From a virus, in the IMG/VR virus record IMGVR_UViG_3300025151_008277, positions 63,117 through 127,116 of that record: a stretch of 64,000 nucleotides of DNA; one strand, 5' to 3'. Position numbers and translations under genes: made by a program. A model generated the notes under the pieces. It was not told the DNA's origin. It worked only from the letters and a program-made list of their open reading frames with translations, and searched no databases. Shown here piece after piece: positions 9,401 through 19,642 of the stretch; within the stretch, counting starts at the first letter, position 1, and every line of letters begins with the position of its first letter.

Positions 9401-10936
9401 ATGCCTAAAGTATGTATATTAGCAGCAGGTATAGGTTCAAGGAATAAATGTATTGAGGGCTTACATAAAGCTCTCTTACCCTTGAATAATAAACCTGTTA
9501 TTTCTCATATAATTGATTCATTTCCTCAAGATATGGAAATAGTCATTGCTCTTGGGTATAAACAAAAGCAATTACTTTCTTATTTAGAAGAAGTACATAC
9601 TTCTAAAAATATTACTTATGTTACTGTAGATAATTTTGATAAATCTGGATCAGGTCCCGGATATAGTCTTTATCAATGTAAAAACCATTTACAAGAGCCG
9701 TTTATTTTTACTTCAGTAGATACTTTATTAGATGAGTTTCCTGTAAGCGTTGATAGTAATTGGATCGGTACTTCTAATATAGATGAAAAAAAATCTTCTA
9801 GTTATTGTTTAGTTTCAGTAGATAACGAAACCGTAAAAGATTTATATTACGGTAGTGGTAATTTAGCTTTCGTTGGAACTGCTGGTGTTAAGGATTATAA
9901 GACATTTTGGAATAATTTAGAAAAAACATTATTATCAGTTAACGAAATACAAGTTATACCTGCATTACAGAGTCTTACTAATATTAAGGCTATTAATTCT
10001 GTATGGTATGATACTGGTAACATAGAATCCTATTACAATACTAAAAAGGTATATAATAATGATATTGTAGCCCCTAAAAATAACGAAACAATATTTTTAG
10101 ACAATAATCTCGTAATAAAATACTTTAGTAATTCTAAAAAGAACTTAAGTCGAGTTGAACGAGTTAAATTCTTAAACGATTGTACACCAGATACAACATA
10201 TCTTAATGACAACATGTATTGTTATGAATATATTAATGGAGCTCTATTAAGCAATATTACTAACGTTGAGATTATGAGAGAGTTTTTTAGTTTTTGTGAT
10301 AGTAAACTCTGGTTAAAGAAAAATAGAGATGATATTTTTATTAGTAATTGTAGGTCTATGTATGAATTCAAAACTAAATCTAGGATAAATGAATTAATAG
10401 ATAGTGATTTAGATAAAATACGATTTATTAACGGGCTTGAGGTACAACCTATTAGAACAATTTATGAAAAAATAGGTTGGGGACAAATTTATAATAATGC
10501 TTTACCGGTTTCTTTTCACGGAGACCTACAACCAGAAAATATTATATACAATAATGAGAGATTTTTTCTTATAGACTGGAGAGAGTCTTTTGGTAACAGT
10601 CTTGAAGTGGGGGATATATATTACGATCTATCTAAACTGTATCATGGTTTAGATATTAACGGTACTTTAATGAATAGTAAAAATTATTTTTATAACATTG
10701 AAGATAAATCTGCCAATATAGGATACAACATAAAGAGTAATTTGATCGATCTTAAAGACACACTCAAAACTTTTGTTATTGAAAAAGGTTTGGATTGGTA
10801 TAACATAAGATTGTTAGGTGCATTGCATTATTTGAATATTTGTACATTATATAAAGACTTTCATAACGGAGAGTATGGTAGGTTTTTATTTCTTTATAGC
10901 AAATATCTTTTACAAAACATCTTGCAAAACAAATAA
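9401..10936 (+). CDS. Sugar nucleotidyltransferase fused to an APH/choline-kinase-like phosphotransferase
   Basis: N-term ILAAGIGSR, HKALLP, WYDTG; C-term FHGDLQPENI, LIDWR, YYDLSKL. Confidence 0.85.
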   Translation: MPKVCILAAGIGSRNKCIEGLHKALLPLNNKPVISHIIDSFPQDMEIVIALGYKQKQLLSYLEEVHTSKNITYVTVDNFDKSGSGPGYSLYQCKNHLQEPFIFTSVDTLLDEFPVSVDSNWIGTSNIDEKKSSSYCLVSVDNETVKDLYYGSGNLAFVGTAGVKDYKTFWNNLEKTLLSVNEIQVIPALQSLTNIKAINSVWYDTGNIESYYNTKKVYNNDIVAPKNNETIFLDNNLVIKYFSNSKKNLSRVERVKFLNDCTPDTTYLNDNMYCYEYINGALLSNITNVEIMREFFSFCDSKLWLKKNRDDIFISNCRSMYEFKTKSRINELIDSDLDKIRFINGLEVQPIRTIYEKIGWGQIYNNALPVSFHGDLQPENIIYNNERFFLIDWRESFGNSLEVGDIYYDLSKLYHGLDINGTLMNSKNYFYNIEDKSANIGYNIKSNLIDLKDTLKTFVIEKGLDWYNIRLLGALHYLNICTLYKDFHNGEYGRFLFLYSKYLLQNILQNK

Positions 10937-10960
10937 TTTAGAATAAAATATTTAGTAAAT

Positions 10961-11605
10961 ATGAATACGGGAGATTATATAGATTTATACAAAAAAGAAT
11001 CTATCGATATTGTTAACAATGTTTCTAGCGCTTCAATAGAGCAGTTTATTAATTTAATCTATGAAGCTTATACAACTGAAAATACAGTTTATCTTGCAGG
11101 TAACGGAGGTAACGCTGCGTACGTACAGAATTTCGTTGTTGACCTAAACATGCATCCGTTTGTTTCAGAAGATAAATCATCTAATTCTAGTATACCTCGT
11201 AATTTATTTAAATCTGTTAGTCTTTGTAGTGATCCCGCAACTATATCAGGTATAAGTAATGATTTAGGATTTAATTCTATCTTTAAAGAGCAAATGAAAT
11301 ATCAAGGTATCCGAAATGATATCTTTATTGGTATTTCCGGTTCAGGTAATTCTAAAAATATTCTTGAAGCTATGGAGTTCAATTCTCGTAAAGGTATAAA
11401 AAATATTTTACTTACGAGAAATAAAGAAAATAAATGTAATGAGTTCGCAGATTTAACTATTAGTGTTGACGGCGTTTCTAAATTCCCTGGCCAAACAGGT
11501 GGTAATAATAATAACTTTCATTTTGAAGATTTTATTTCTAAGCTGTCTCATATCACTGTAGGTATTTTAAAATTAAGAGTACAGCAAAGGATACAAAATG
11601 CTTAA
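10961..11605 (+). CDS. gmhA: SIS-domain phosphosugar isomerase (GmhA-like)
   Basis: LAGNGG, ISNDLGFNSIF, ISGSGNSKN; the active-site segment is divergent (NAAYVQN). Confidence 0.75.
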   Translation: MNTGDYIDLYKKESIDIVNNVSSASIEQFINLIYEAYTTENTVYLAGNGGNAAYVQNFVVDLNMHPFVSEDKSSNSSIPRNLFKSVSLCSDPATISGISNDLGFNSIFKEQMKYQGIRNDIFIGISGSGNSKNILEAMEFNSRKGIKNILLTRNKENKCNEFADLTISVDGVSKFPGQTGGNNNNFHFEDFISKLSHITVGILKLRVQQRIQNA

Positions 11606-12359
11606 ACCAAACATATTACGCAAAAAAGTTTTAGATTTAGTCTATAAAAAGAAATCTGGTCATATAGGTGGTAGTTTTTCTATTGCAGAGCTTATATGTA
11701 CTTTATATAATGATTATAATATCGGAGAAACTGATAAGCTTATTTTATCTAAAGGTCACTCTGTACCTATTGTTTATGCCGCCTTACATGAGTTAGGTTT
11801 AATTAGTGATGATGATCTTGATAAGTTTAGAGAGATAGACTCTCCCCTTCAAGGTCACCCTGATAAAAATAGGTTAAAACATCTCCACGCTACTACAGGC
11901 TCTCTCGGCCAAGGCTTAAGCATCTCCGTCGGCCATGCTTTAGCTAAAAAGCATAAAAAACTTAATGGTACTGTTTTTTGTATATTAGGCGACGGAGAAA
12001 TTCAAGAAGGTCAGGTATGGGAGGCATTTTTATCTGGTTCCAAATTTAACTTAGATAATCTTGTATGTTTTATTGACTGGAATAAAGCTCAAAGCGAAGG
12101 ATTTGCTTCTGATGTTATGCCGATGTATGAAAATTTAACCGAAAAAATATCATCTTTCGGTTGGCATAGCGTTTTAATAAATGGTCATAATATATACGAT
12201 ATTAAAAGTAGTATAGATAATAGAGTTAAAGATAAGCCTACTTGTATTGTACTCGACACAGTTAAAGGTAAAGGTGTTTCTTTTATGGAAGAACCTAAAT
12301 GGCATTCTAAGTGCCCTACAGAAGAAGAATATAATAAAGCAATAAAGGAGTTATTATGA
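11598..12359 (+). CDS. Transketolase, N-terminal (TPP-binding) subunit
   Basis: GHIGG, LSKGH, LQGHP, TGSLGQG, GDGEIQEGQVWE, TVKGKG. Confidence 0.93.
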   Translation: MLKPNILRKKVLDLVYKKKSGHIGGSFSIAELICTLYNDYNIGETDKLILSKGHSVPIVYAALHELGLISDDDLDKFREIDSPLQGHPDKNRLKHLHATTGSLGQGLSISVGHALAKKHKKLNGTVFCILGDGEIQEGQVWEAFLSGSKFNLDNLVCFIDWNKAQSEGFASDVMPMYENLTEKISSFGWHSVLINGHNIYDIKSSIDNRVKDKPTCIVLDTVKGKGVSFMEEPKWHSKCPTEEEYNKAIKELL

Positions 12360-13276
12360 AAGCAACAAGAGATGCAGTAAATGATATTCTACCACAAGCA
12401 GGAGAGAAGCACTCTAACATAGTTGCGTTAGATGCCGACTTAGGCGGAGCTACTAAGATAAAAGCTTTTGGTCAGAAATACCCTGATAGATATTTTCAAG
12501 TAGGTATTGCCGAAGCTAATATGATTAGTATTGCTTCAGGTATGTCTGAATATGGCCTCAAAGTATTTTTAGCTTCTTTTAGTGCTTTCCTTACTGGTAG
12601 ATATGATATTATACGTTGTAGTATATGTTATCCTAATCAACCAGTTGTTTTAGTTGGTAGTCATGTTGGAATGGCTATAGGTAAAGATGGTGTTACTCAA
12701 ATGGGTCTTGAAGATGTTAGTATAATGCGCGCATTACCTAATATGAATATTTTAAATCCATGTAATTATACACAGGCTTGTAAAGTTATTGAGTATCTTT
12801 GTGATACTGAACTCACTCAACCACATTATTTACGTATTGGTAGAACACCTGTAGAAGATTTTGATATAGATTTTGAGTTTAATAAAGGAGTGATCGTTAG
12901 ACCGGGTAAAGATGTAACTTTGTTTAGTACGGGTTGTATTTTGAGTGATGTATTAGAAGCTTCTTACATTATTGAGCGAAATACTAATTTATCTGTACGG
13001 GTAGTAGACTTCTCTACTTTAAAACCTATAGATAAAAAATTAATATATAAATGCGCCACTGAAACTGATCATCTATTTACAGTCGAAGATCATTCCATAG
13101 TAGGCGGCTTAGGATCGATAGTTTCCGAAGTATTATGTGAAACATATCCTGCAAAATTACATAGAATAGGATTGAATGATCAATTCCCTGAATCAGGTCC
13201 TCCAGCAGACTTGTATAGCAAATATGGTTTGAATGCAGAAGGTATAGCAAATTCTGTATGCAGTAATATTAGCTAA
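12356..13276 (+). CDS. Transketolase, C-terminal subunit
   Basis: LDADL, VGIAEANM, DGVTQMGLED, TLKPID, VEDHSIVGGLGS. Confidence 0.93.
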   Translation: MKATRDAVNDILPQAGEKHSNIVALDADLGGATKIKAFGQKYPDRYFQVGIAEANMISIASGMSEYGLKVFLASFSAFLTGRYDIIRCSICYPNQPVVLVGSHVGMAIGKDGVTQMGLEDVSIMRALPNMNILNPCNYTQACKVIEYLCDTELTQPHYLRIGRTPVEDFDIDFEFNKGVIVRPGKDVTLFSTGCILSDVLEASYIIERNTNLSVRVVDFSTLKPIDKKLIYKCATETDHLFTVEDHSIVGGLGSIVSEVLCETYPAKLHRIGLNDQFPESGPPADLYSKYGLNAEGIANSVCSNIS

Positions 13277-14073
13277 TGTTAATAGACAATAAGACCAAAT
13301 TATTTTTCTCAGCAGCTATGTCTCCAGGTAATTTTGGAGCTACTGTATATAATTCTCTTTTTAATCACTATCAAATTAATGCAGTTTACCTTCCAAAGAG
13401 ATTTGATAACGCTGAGTCGATTATTACAGCGTTATCTGTTTTAGATATACAAGGCTGCAGTATCACTATGCCTTTCAAGAGCGATGTTCTTAAATTCTTA
13501 GATGTAACTAATGATATAGTTGACAATACCTTTTCAGTAAACACTATAGTTAAAAAAGAAGATAAGCTGTATGGATATAATACAGATTATTTTGCGGTTC
13601 AACAAATAATTAAATCTCTAGACTTTAAAACAGTTTTAGTTTATGGATCTGGATCAGTTACTAATACAGTAATTCACTGCTTGATAAAAAACGGTATAAA
13701 ACCGACTGTTGTATCTCGCAATAAGGAGGCATTAAAAAATATATATTGTAGGTATTATGTTGAAGCAATATATGAGAAAGATTTTGTTGTAGAAAATAAT
13801 GCATTTGATCTTTTAATAAATTGTACACCAGTAAGTAACAACGAAGATTCCTTTCCGTTCGAATTATTAAAGGTATGTAATCAATTATTTGACTTAGTAG
13901 TGGATAAGAAGGAGACTAGGTTATGCGAAGTTGCGAAACAAAATAAAAAGAAGTATATTAAAGGGTGCGACATGTCAAAATGGCAGCTACAAAATCAATT
14001 CTTGCATTATATTGGATTTGCTCCTAATATGGATATAATAAATCGTATACTTAACAGTCAGTTCTATGAATAA
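13276..14073 (+). CDS. Shikimate dehydrogenase-like oxidoreductase (SdhL/HI0607-like subclass)
   Basis: SITMPFK, VNT, GYNTD, YGSGS, INCTP; N-term has PGNFG instead of the AroE SxSP. Confidence 0.8.
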   Translation: MLIDNKTKLFFSAAMSPGNFGATVYNSLFNHYQINAVYLPKRFDNAESIITALSVLDIQGCSITMPFKSDVLKFLDVTNDIVDNTFSVNTIVKKEDKLYGYNTDYFAVQQIIKSLDFKTVLVYGSGSVTNTVIHCLIKNGIKPTVVSRNKEALKNIYCRYYVEAIYEKDFVVENNAFDLLINCTPVSNNEDSFPFELLKVCNQLFDLVVDKKETRLCEVAKQNKKKYIKGCDMSKWQLQNQFLHYIGFAPNMDIINRILNSQFYE

Positions 14074-14434
14074 CGACCATCGCCCTTATACTATTTTTTG
14101 TGACATTGACGGTACTTTAACTAAACAGGCAACAGCTAGTGAAGTAGCTAACCCTGAGTTTGTTTTAGAGCTATTACCAGGTGTGATACAGAAACTAAAA
14201 GAGTGGGACCAAAAAGGGTATAATATTATTCTTACTACCGGGAGGAAAGAAAGTATGAGATTTTCTACAGAGTCTCAACTAAAACGCGCAGGCATTTTTT
14301 ATGATAAGCTTATTATGGGTATAGGTGGTGGTAAGCGCTTTCTTATAAATAACTTCAAAAGAGATAGCGATATACCGTACGCTAGTAGTATCAATATACC
14401 TATTAACACAGGATTAACTGATATTGAGATTTAA
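14066..14434 (+). CDS. Capless HAD-family phosphatase
   Basis: FCDIDGTL, LTTGR, YDKLIMG. Confidence 0.8.
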   Translation: MNNDHRPYTIFCDIDGTLTKQATASEVANPEFVLELLPGVIQKLKEWDQKGYNIILTTGRKESMRFSTESQLKRAGIFYDKLIMGIGGGKRFLINNFKRDSDIPYASSINIPINTGLTDIEI

Positions 14435-15490
14435 TTATCTTAAATCTTCTATATTTTTAGTTAAGTCTTCTATTGCTCCTTTATACCCTTTGTATTTAAA
14501 AATATCTTTCTCGCGAAAGAACTCTACAACTCTACCATAATTGAGTTTATTCTCTCTTGTAAAATCACATATAAACCTATTCATTTCATCTAACCATATG
14601 TGATAATATCTCATGGCTTCTGGGTCTGTATTTTTATCATGCTTTTTATAGTAGTACTCTCGAGCTACAGCCCAATCGATAATAAAGGTATGCTGAAAGC
14701 TTATTTGGTTTTTGAGCCCAAAATAACCCCATCTTATTTCTGGCGGTGCATGTCTTAAACTAGCCCAGTATTCATCCCATATGTTAGGATGGTTATCTCT
14801 TTTATTAGCGAGAATATCGGCTGACATTACTGTCATATTTTTATGGTATTGGTCCATTGCTCGCGGTTCCCCACCAAACATTTGATCACCTATTTGTAGA
14901 ACCCCCTTTCTCACATCTATATATGGTATACCTATTACTGATTCAAACTCCGCTCTGTTATTTACATACTTAACCCAGTCATAAAAATAATTCTTATGAA
15001 ACCTATGATCAAATTTTCCATTATACCAATAAAAATCAGGTCTTATCCTCACAACATAATCATATTCAAAGTCGTTTTCTAATTCATATTGTCTTCTCAG
15101 CTCAAGAACTCTCTCAGCTTGATAAAATTGACCGAAATACATATAATTCCAATGCTTCGCGGCTTGTAAATCGTCTTTATCAGATATGTTTTCTTCTATT
15201 ATTTTTCTTATACCTTCATCGTCTGATTCAATCTTCATTGAAACAGGTTTAATAACATTTTTAACATTGTCTATAACTGCACTAGGAAGCTTTTCTGTGT
15301 GCGGGTCACCTGCAATATCTGCAAAAAGAGTATGTTTACGAGTTATGTAATCAGGAGCGTATATAAAATAATCGATTTGAGAGTCATAATAAAAATAATC
15401 AAAGGTTTCTTTTATATTTTCCAACGTTAAATGAACATCTCTCAACTGAGAGCTAATACACACTGCTAATCTGTTAAGTTTTTTTACCAT
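14435..15490 (-). CDS. Putative glycan-active protein (xAVCIS family)
   Basis: RLAVCISSQLR, YDYVVRIRPD, GDQMFGG. Confidence 0.55.
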   Translation of the reverse strand: MVKKLNRLAVCISSQLRDVHLTLENIKETFDYFYYDSQIDYFIYAPDYITRKHTLFADIAGDPHTEKLPSAVIDNVKNVIKPVSMKIESDDEGIRKIIEENISDKDDLQAAKHWNYMYFGQFYQAERVLELRRQYELENDFEYDYVVRIRPDFYWYNGKFDHRFHKNYFYDWVKYVNNRAEFESVIGIPYIDVRKGVLQIGDQMFGGEPRAMDQYHKNMTVMSADILANKRDNHPNIWDEYWASLRHAPPEIRWGYFGLKNQISFQHTFIIDWAVAREYYYKKHDKNTDPEAMRYYHIWLDEMNRFICDFTRENKLNYGRVVEFFREKDIFKYKGYKGAIEDLTKNIEDLR

Positions 15491-15492
15491 TT

Positions 15493-16548
15493 CTAAAAAT
15501 AATCTGATATGTTACCTTTTTCTAGTTTATCATACTCTTGTATATTTTTAAGTACGTTCAAAAAATCGTTATGCGATGGATGTCTCTTATCGAAAATATC
15601 ATGTTTCATAAAATCTATAGGAGTAAATGTGCCCCAGTTAACTATTCTTGAAGTAGCGCATCTAAAATTATACTTTCGAGCTATATCTAAAAATTGAGGT
15701 ATTGTTTTATAGTTATTATATTGTACAACCATATCCAATCTCACATCTTCTACTTTACCTTCTTTTTGTAATTTGCTTATAAATTCTAAATTTTGATTGA
15801 CATTATTCCAGTTACCACCTACTCGAGTTAAATTATAAGCTTCTTCTGTACCTGCATCAAGACTAACGATAACATCTACATGAAACTTATGTAAGTTTTG
15901 TAGGCCTTCCCATCTTTTTTCATTAAAAAGAACACCGTTAGTTTGTAACGTTATATGTAATAGAGGGTTCTTGCTATAATTTAATTGCTTCAAAAGATCA
16001 AAAAAGTGTTTCGAACCAAAAGGGTCTCCAGACCCGGTAACAATTAAGTTAATTAGCTTTTTTTCTGAATGTACATACTTAAGAACAGCTTTATTTATTT
16101 CAGTTAATTTGTCAAATTGTTTTTTATGCGTTTCTTTCGTATAATATATAAAATCATTTCTACAAGAAGGACACTTCAAATTGCATGATCTATCATAACA
16201 TAAGTTTATAATATCTGGTTTATCTGCTTGGGTTAAACCAAATTCTAATATTGTAGAAAATTTAGATCCTATTTTACCTGATCTTACTTCATTCAACGTA
16301 GGTAAGGAGTTACTCGCTATATCCGGGCATAATTTCTTATTACAGTACTTAAAACTTCCATCAAGAATTGACCTTCTAAATTCTTTTGCTTTTTCTCCGT
16401 TCCAAACCCCTTCAATATCTAAATCATCTGTAGTCTTACCAACGTAATTATGATTTACCCATGTAGGACAACAATTATAAATTTCATTCTCTTGTATTTC
16501 AAAAAACCCCCATGGTTTGTAGCAAAATTTATCTTTTAAATCAATCAT
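15493..16548 (-). CDS. Radical SAM protein with N-terminal SPASM/twitch-like Cys domain
   Basis: CNLKCPSC, GSGDPF, QTNG, SLDA; N-term CYKPW..CC..WNG..YC. Confidence 0.85.
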   Translation of the reverse strand: MIDLKDKFCYKPWGFFEIQENEIYNCCPTWVNHNYVGKTTDDLDIEGVWNGEKAKEFRRSILDGSFKYCNKKLCPDIASNSLPTLNEVRSGKIGSKFSTILEFGLTQADKPDIINLCYDRSCNLKCPSCRNDFIYYTKETHKKQFDKLTEINKAVLKYVHSEKKLINLIVTGSGDPFGSKHFFDLLKQLNYSKNPLLHITLQTNGVLFNEKRWEGLQNLHKFHVDVIVSLDAGTEEAYNLTRVGGNWNNVNQNLEFISKLQKEGKVEDVRLDMVVQYNNYKTIPQFLDIARKYNFRCATSRIVNWGTFTPIDFMKHDIFDKRHPSHNDFLNVLKNIQEYDKLEKGNISDYF

Positions 16549-16604
16549 ATGTTGTTGATATTTTCAGAATATACTATAATTTATATAAGAGATAGCTAAA
16601 AGCC

Positions 16605-16958
16605 ATGGAAATTACATATAATAGCGAAACAATTACCCTAAATGAGGAGAAATTCGAAGATATTGAGTATTTTGACATAAAAACCCCAAAAACAATCACC
16701 GACGACGGGTCTGAAATTTATTGGTGTCCGTTTGAGTGGGATTGGCGCATAATTAATCATAAAGATCAAATGGAAAAGCGGTTTAAGAATTGTATGAAGA
16801 CAATTTATTTTACCGAGAAAGTATTTTTAGTTGAAAAGAAGTCAATGCGCAAGCACTTCAAAGACGGTAAATTAGTTGATGTGTGCCTATTGCCAATTGG
16901 TATCTATGTATATTGGGATAATGATACTGAGGAATGGTCTTTTCTTGGTTATAAGTAA
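16605..16958 (+). CDS. Hypothetical protein
   Basis: 117 aa ORF, coupled (TAATG) to the next gene. Confidence 0.6.
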   Translation: MEITYNSETITLNEEKFEDIEYFDIKTPKTITDDGSEIYWCPFEWDWRIINHKDQMEKRFKNCMKTIYFTEKVFLVEKKSMRKHFKDGKLVDVCLLPIGIYVYWDNDTEEWSFLGYK

Positions 16959-17905
16959 TGCCTTCATGTAGAATTTACTATTGGGATAACGGGGTTGGAG
17001 TTAAAACTGATGCAGCTCTTATTTCTGAATGCTTAAGTAAGAAATTTGAGTGCGAGATATTCGATTTTTCTTATTCAGAATGTAATGAAAATTATTTTAA
17101 TTATACAGTAGAAAAAAAGCCTGTCGATGTTGGTATTTTTGTACAAAATTATTATACAGATTTACTGTCCGATAATAAAATCAATATTTTAATTATTAAT
17201 GAAGAGTGGTTAGCTTTTGAAGACTTAGATGGTCTTAAAAATTTCGACCACGTTATAGTTAAAAGCGAGTACGCAAAAAAATTATTATTCGAAGCTCATC
17301 CGAGTATTCATGTTTTGCATTTTTGGTCGAGAGATCTATATTCAGATTACTACTCTGGATTTAAAAATAATGACGTACTTCATTTCGCAGGTAAGTCTAT
17401 GCAGAAGAATACTGAGAGTGTTATTAATAACACTGATATACATATATTTGACAGTAACGGTCGTTTTAAAGATGTAAGAACCGAAAAATATTATTATAAT
17501 TTTATTTCCGATAACAAGTTACAGCGAGTTTTTAACGTATGTGATACTCACATATGTCCTTCATTATATGAAGCTCATGGACATTATTTTTTCGAAGCAT
17601 TATTATGCAATAAAAAAGTTATAGCATCTAAATGTCCGGTATGGGAAGAAATAATTGATCCCGAATATTTAGTTTTTGTTGAAACAAGTGCTTGTGTTAT
17701 AAGTAGCTCTGATCATGATTGGCTTAACGGTGAGCAATCTCAAGGTAAATTTACTAAGTTTCCATTTAGAAGAGGATTTATAGTACAATCTGAAGCTATA
17801 AATGCGGCTTTAGAAAGTAGTAAATTTAAAAAACCAAGAAAGTATATCCTAGATTTATTTTCTAACAATCAAAAAAAGTTTTTTGACTTTTTTACAAACC
17901 TATAA
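16958..17905 (+). CDS. GT-B glycosyltransferase (GT4-like)
   Basis: NEEW, HFAGKS.QKNT, HICPSLYEAHGHYFFEA. Confidence 0.75.
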   Translation: MPSCRIYYWDNGVGVKTDAALISECLSKKFECEIFDFSYSECNENYFNYTVEKKPVDVGIFVQNYYTDLLSDNKINILIINEEWLAFEDLDGLKNFDHVIVKSEYAKKLLFEAHPSIHVLHFWSRDLYSDYYSGFKNNDVLHFAGKSMQKNTESVINNTDIHIFDSNGRFKDVRTEKYYYNFISDNKLQRVFNVCDTHICPSLYEAHGHYFFEALLCNKKVIASKCPVWEEIIDPEYLVFVETSACVISSSDHDWLNGEQSQGKFTKFPFRRGFIVQSEAINAALESSKFKKPRKYILDLFSNNQKKFFDFFTNL

Positions 17906-18805
17906 TAATTTATTATATAAATTTTTAAGCTCAAAAAACTCTTCATTATCTAGATTATATTTGTTTGTAAGTTGATCTAAAGAATTTATACATTCCTCTA
18001 CACTAAACTTTATAAGATTCATATCCTCTATTTGTCTTAAAGTGGTTATAGAAGAAATATGATTAAAATTTATCGTATGAATTTTCTTTGAGTAGTGTTG
18101 AAGTACATTTGAACTCTTTAAAATAAAATCTATACCATTATGATGGTATAAATGATTCAAATTTTTTTTAAAAAATCTATTAATTAAAAATAAACTATTT
18201 ACTTCTTTTTTTAAAAACCTACTAATTACTCGAAATTTTTCTTTAAAAGGATTTATAATCTTTACTATACTTTTTCGTTTATTTTTTAAAGGTAGTTCTG
18301 TAATTGAAGTTAAAAAAGAGTTTACCGAGCTTTTAGATACTAAAAAGTATTTGTTAAAATCTTCTTTAGTTATGTAAAATAGAGAATGATTACTCTGAAT
18401 AATTATATCTTTACCTACATAATTGGTCTTACTTATTAAATCTGCGTAAAACCAATCCCATATATAAAGGTAGCTTTCTTTATATAAAATTTTATCTTCT
18501 ATTTTATTAATAATTAAATCATCATCATCTTGACTATAAAATAATATATCTTCCTCTATTTTATTAGACATAAAATATGTAAGAAAATCCATATAATTAT
18601 AAAACACTAAATCAAAGTTTTGTTTAATTATATTTCTTATTACGATATCTCTAATTTCAGATCGAAAATCCCAGTAATCATATTGTAAGGAGTTTTCCCA
18701 ATCTTTAATTTTTTCTTCAAGTATTATTTTATTTTGTTTACCATACGTAAACTCTCTACCCGCAATATAATCCTTACTACCTCTTATTAAACAAACTTTT
18801 ATCAT
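17900..18805 (-). CDS. Hypothetical protein, possibly GT-A-like
   Basis: 301 aa very AT-rich ORF with YSQDDDD acidic motif. Confidence 0.45.
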   Translation of the reverse strand: MIKVCLIRGSKDYIAGREFTYGKQNKIILEEKIKDWENSLQYDYWDFRSEIRDIVIRNIIKQNFDLVFYNYMDFLTYFMSNKIEEDILFYSQDDDDLIINKIEDKILYKESYLYIWDWFYADLISKTNYVGKDIIIQSNHSLFYITKEDFNKYFLVSKSSVNSFLTSITELPLKNKRKSIVKIINPFKEKFRVISRFLKKEVNSLFLINRFFKKNLNHLYHHNGIDFILKSSNVLQHYSKKIHTINFNHISSITTLRQIEDMNLIKFSVEECINSLDQLTNKYNLDNEEFFELKNLYNKLL

Positions 18806-19626
18806 TTTATATTCTTTAATATTTCTTTATATTCGATTTGCTGACAAGGTATTTGTTTAATTATATCTGTCCGTTTACATTTATTCCAAGAAGCACACCC
18901 TACGCAATAAATTAAATCCTTTAAAATCTTCATATTATTATCTGGAAATAGTAAGTTTACATTATTTGATTGGCTTAATGTAATAATTTTTTTATTGTAA
19001 CCGTTAGCTATGTGGAGCGGTCCTGTTACAGGTGTGATGATTGTATCACATAAGTATATAAACGTAGTTATATCTAATACATTGTTGATTGGTAATTTAG
19101 GTATATTTGTTTTATCATAATCTAGTATAAAAGAGGTGCCGGGCAAGTTTTCTGCTGTCTTCTCCATAATATGTATAGGTATCTTTCTAGTAATATCACT
19201 ATAAGACCCGTGTACAAATATATACCACGGTTTTTTAAAATTTTCTAGATATTTTGTTTTTTCAATAACTTTATCTTTATAAATTTTTAACTCAGGTTTT
19301 TGTATTTTATAATCTATTTTTTTGTTATGCTTTTTTAAAAAATTATTAGTTTTATTTATCCAATATTTTGGTTCTGCATCTTTTCGAGTAAGAGTATTGT
19401 TAATATTAACATATTCATATACACCATCATAATCAATATCTATTCTCCCTTCGTATTCATTAGTGTGATATACATTAGTAATATATGGAGATAGCAGACC
19501 TACTTCTTTATATTGTTCTGAAACTATTAAAGTAACTTCATAACCAATACTAACAAGTTTTTCCGCTACTATAAAAGTAGTAATTATATCACCGATCGCT
19601 CCTGACCTCTTTAAAGTTATATTCAT
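18802..19626 (-). CDS. Glycosyltransferase family 9 (heptosyltransferase-like)
   Basis: RSGAIGD at the N-terminus, TGPLHIA, C-terminal Cys cluster; start moved to ATG 19626. Confidence 0.8.
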   Translation of the reverse strand: MNITLKRSGAIGDIITTFIVAEKLVSIGYEVTLIVSEQYKEVGLLSPYITNVYHTNEYEGRIDIDYDGVYEYVNINNTLTRKDAEPKYWINKTNNFLKKHNKKIDYKIQKPELKIYKDKVIEKTKYLENFKKPWYIFVHGSYSDITRKIPIHIMEKTAENLPGTSFILDYDKTNIPKLPINNVLDITTFIYLCDTIITPVTGPLHIANGYNKKIITLSQSNNVNLLFPDNNMKILKDLIYCVGCASWNKCKRTDIIKQIPCQQIEYKEILKNIK

Positions 19627-19642
19627 TTGTGTATATAATATT

